A stretch of 64,000 bases of DNA from contig NGBS01000591.1 in assembly GCA_002245135.1 (NCBI GenBank), positions 1 through 64,000 on the forward strand, given 5' to 3'. This stretch comes from Proteromonas lacertae. Lineage: Eukaryota. Of the stretch, positions 63,553-64,000 are shown one piece after another; position 1 is the first letter of the stretch; every line of letters starts with the position of its first letter. Under the pieces are notes generated by a model, which saw only the letters and a list, made by a program, of their open reading frames with translations, had not been told where the DNA came from and did no database searches. A program made the position numbers and the translations under genes.

Positions 63553-64000
63553 TCAATATTTAACCGGATGATATATAATATTCTTAGTTAAATTATCTAT
63601 TAGTAATTTCTCTAATTCACCTTTAGTTTTAATTAATTTACCAAAGCCTTGATATTTATCATAATCATTTCTATCCATTTCTCTTACTGATAGTTTATAG
63701 TATAAAGCAGTTTCAATAATCATTTGTTCCACTTGAGCATGTCTTTTAAGTTTAAATTCCCTATTTAGTGCATTTCTCATTTTAGCTGACAGTCTATGAA
63801 TGTGAGTTGCAACATAATATGTTTTATTTGATCTACTGCGTTTATATTCGTTTGTAACGCAATTATTCCATACTGTAGAAAAGTAAGAAGTATAATGGTA
63901 TGTTATTAAATCATCCTTAAATTTATCATATTTATTTAAAAAATAATATATATTTCCAGTATATATAACATCCTGATCAAACACCCACAAATATTTATAA
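63553..64000 (-). CDS. Duplicate of the 34107-34910 glycosyltransferase (partial, cut by window end)
   Basis: Identical translation. Confidence 0.6.
   Translation of the reverse strand, partial: YKYLWVFDQDVIYTGNIYYFLNKYDKFKDDLITYHYTSYFSTVWNNCVTNEYKRSRSNKTYYVATHIHRLSAKMRNALNREFKLKRHAQVEQMIIETALYYKLSVREMDRNDYDKYQGFGKLIKTKGELEKLLIDNLTKNIIYHPVKY

Larger units (their letters stand above)
60729..64000. repeat. Inverted segmental duplication, copy B (uninterrupted; extends past the window end)
   Basis: Reverse complement of 34463-37471 plus 43318-43586. Confidence 0.95.

Overview
This is a very AT-rich eukaryotic genomic window with many ~27-40 nt GT..AG introns. A Blastocystis/Opalinata-like gut stramenopile host is my inference, not proven. 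The assembly carries homopolymer indel errors. 1-20.1 kb is ordinary host genes: PIG-A, LOG-like, PI31, IWR1+ankyrin, WDHD1/CTF4, a Rab, two large repeat proteins, a Myb-like gene and RINT1/TIP20. 20.3-32.4 kb is an intron-free, virus-like block with a Polinton-like-virus penton and the N-terminus of a major capsid protein. It is broken by a Ginger-like MITE (5-bp TSD), which contains a foldback MULE (9-bp TSD, ~1.2-kb TIRs), and by two hAT deletion derivatives (8-bp TSDs). 34-64 kb is a glycosyltransferase/methyltransferase island with a >=3-kb inverted duplication and decayed transposons. The most interesting object is a 5,846-bp, GC-richer element at 37472-43317. It has a 6-bp TSD, 255-bp TIRs that each contain a ~200-nt hairpin, a Polinton-type integrase and an adenain-type cysteine protease, but no recognisable polymerase, ATPase or capsid gene. 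The integrase and protease can only be read through eight in-frame TAA/TAG codons at Gln-compatible positions (no in-frame TGA) plus four single-base indels, so the ORF track misses the protease and fragments the integrase. Recoding versus pre-insertion decay cannot be settled from this window. All family assignments are motif recognition by eye; no database search was run.
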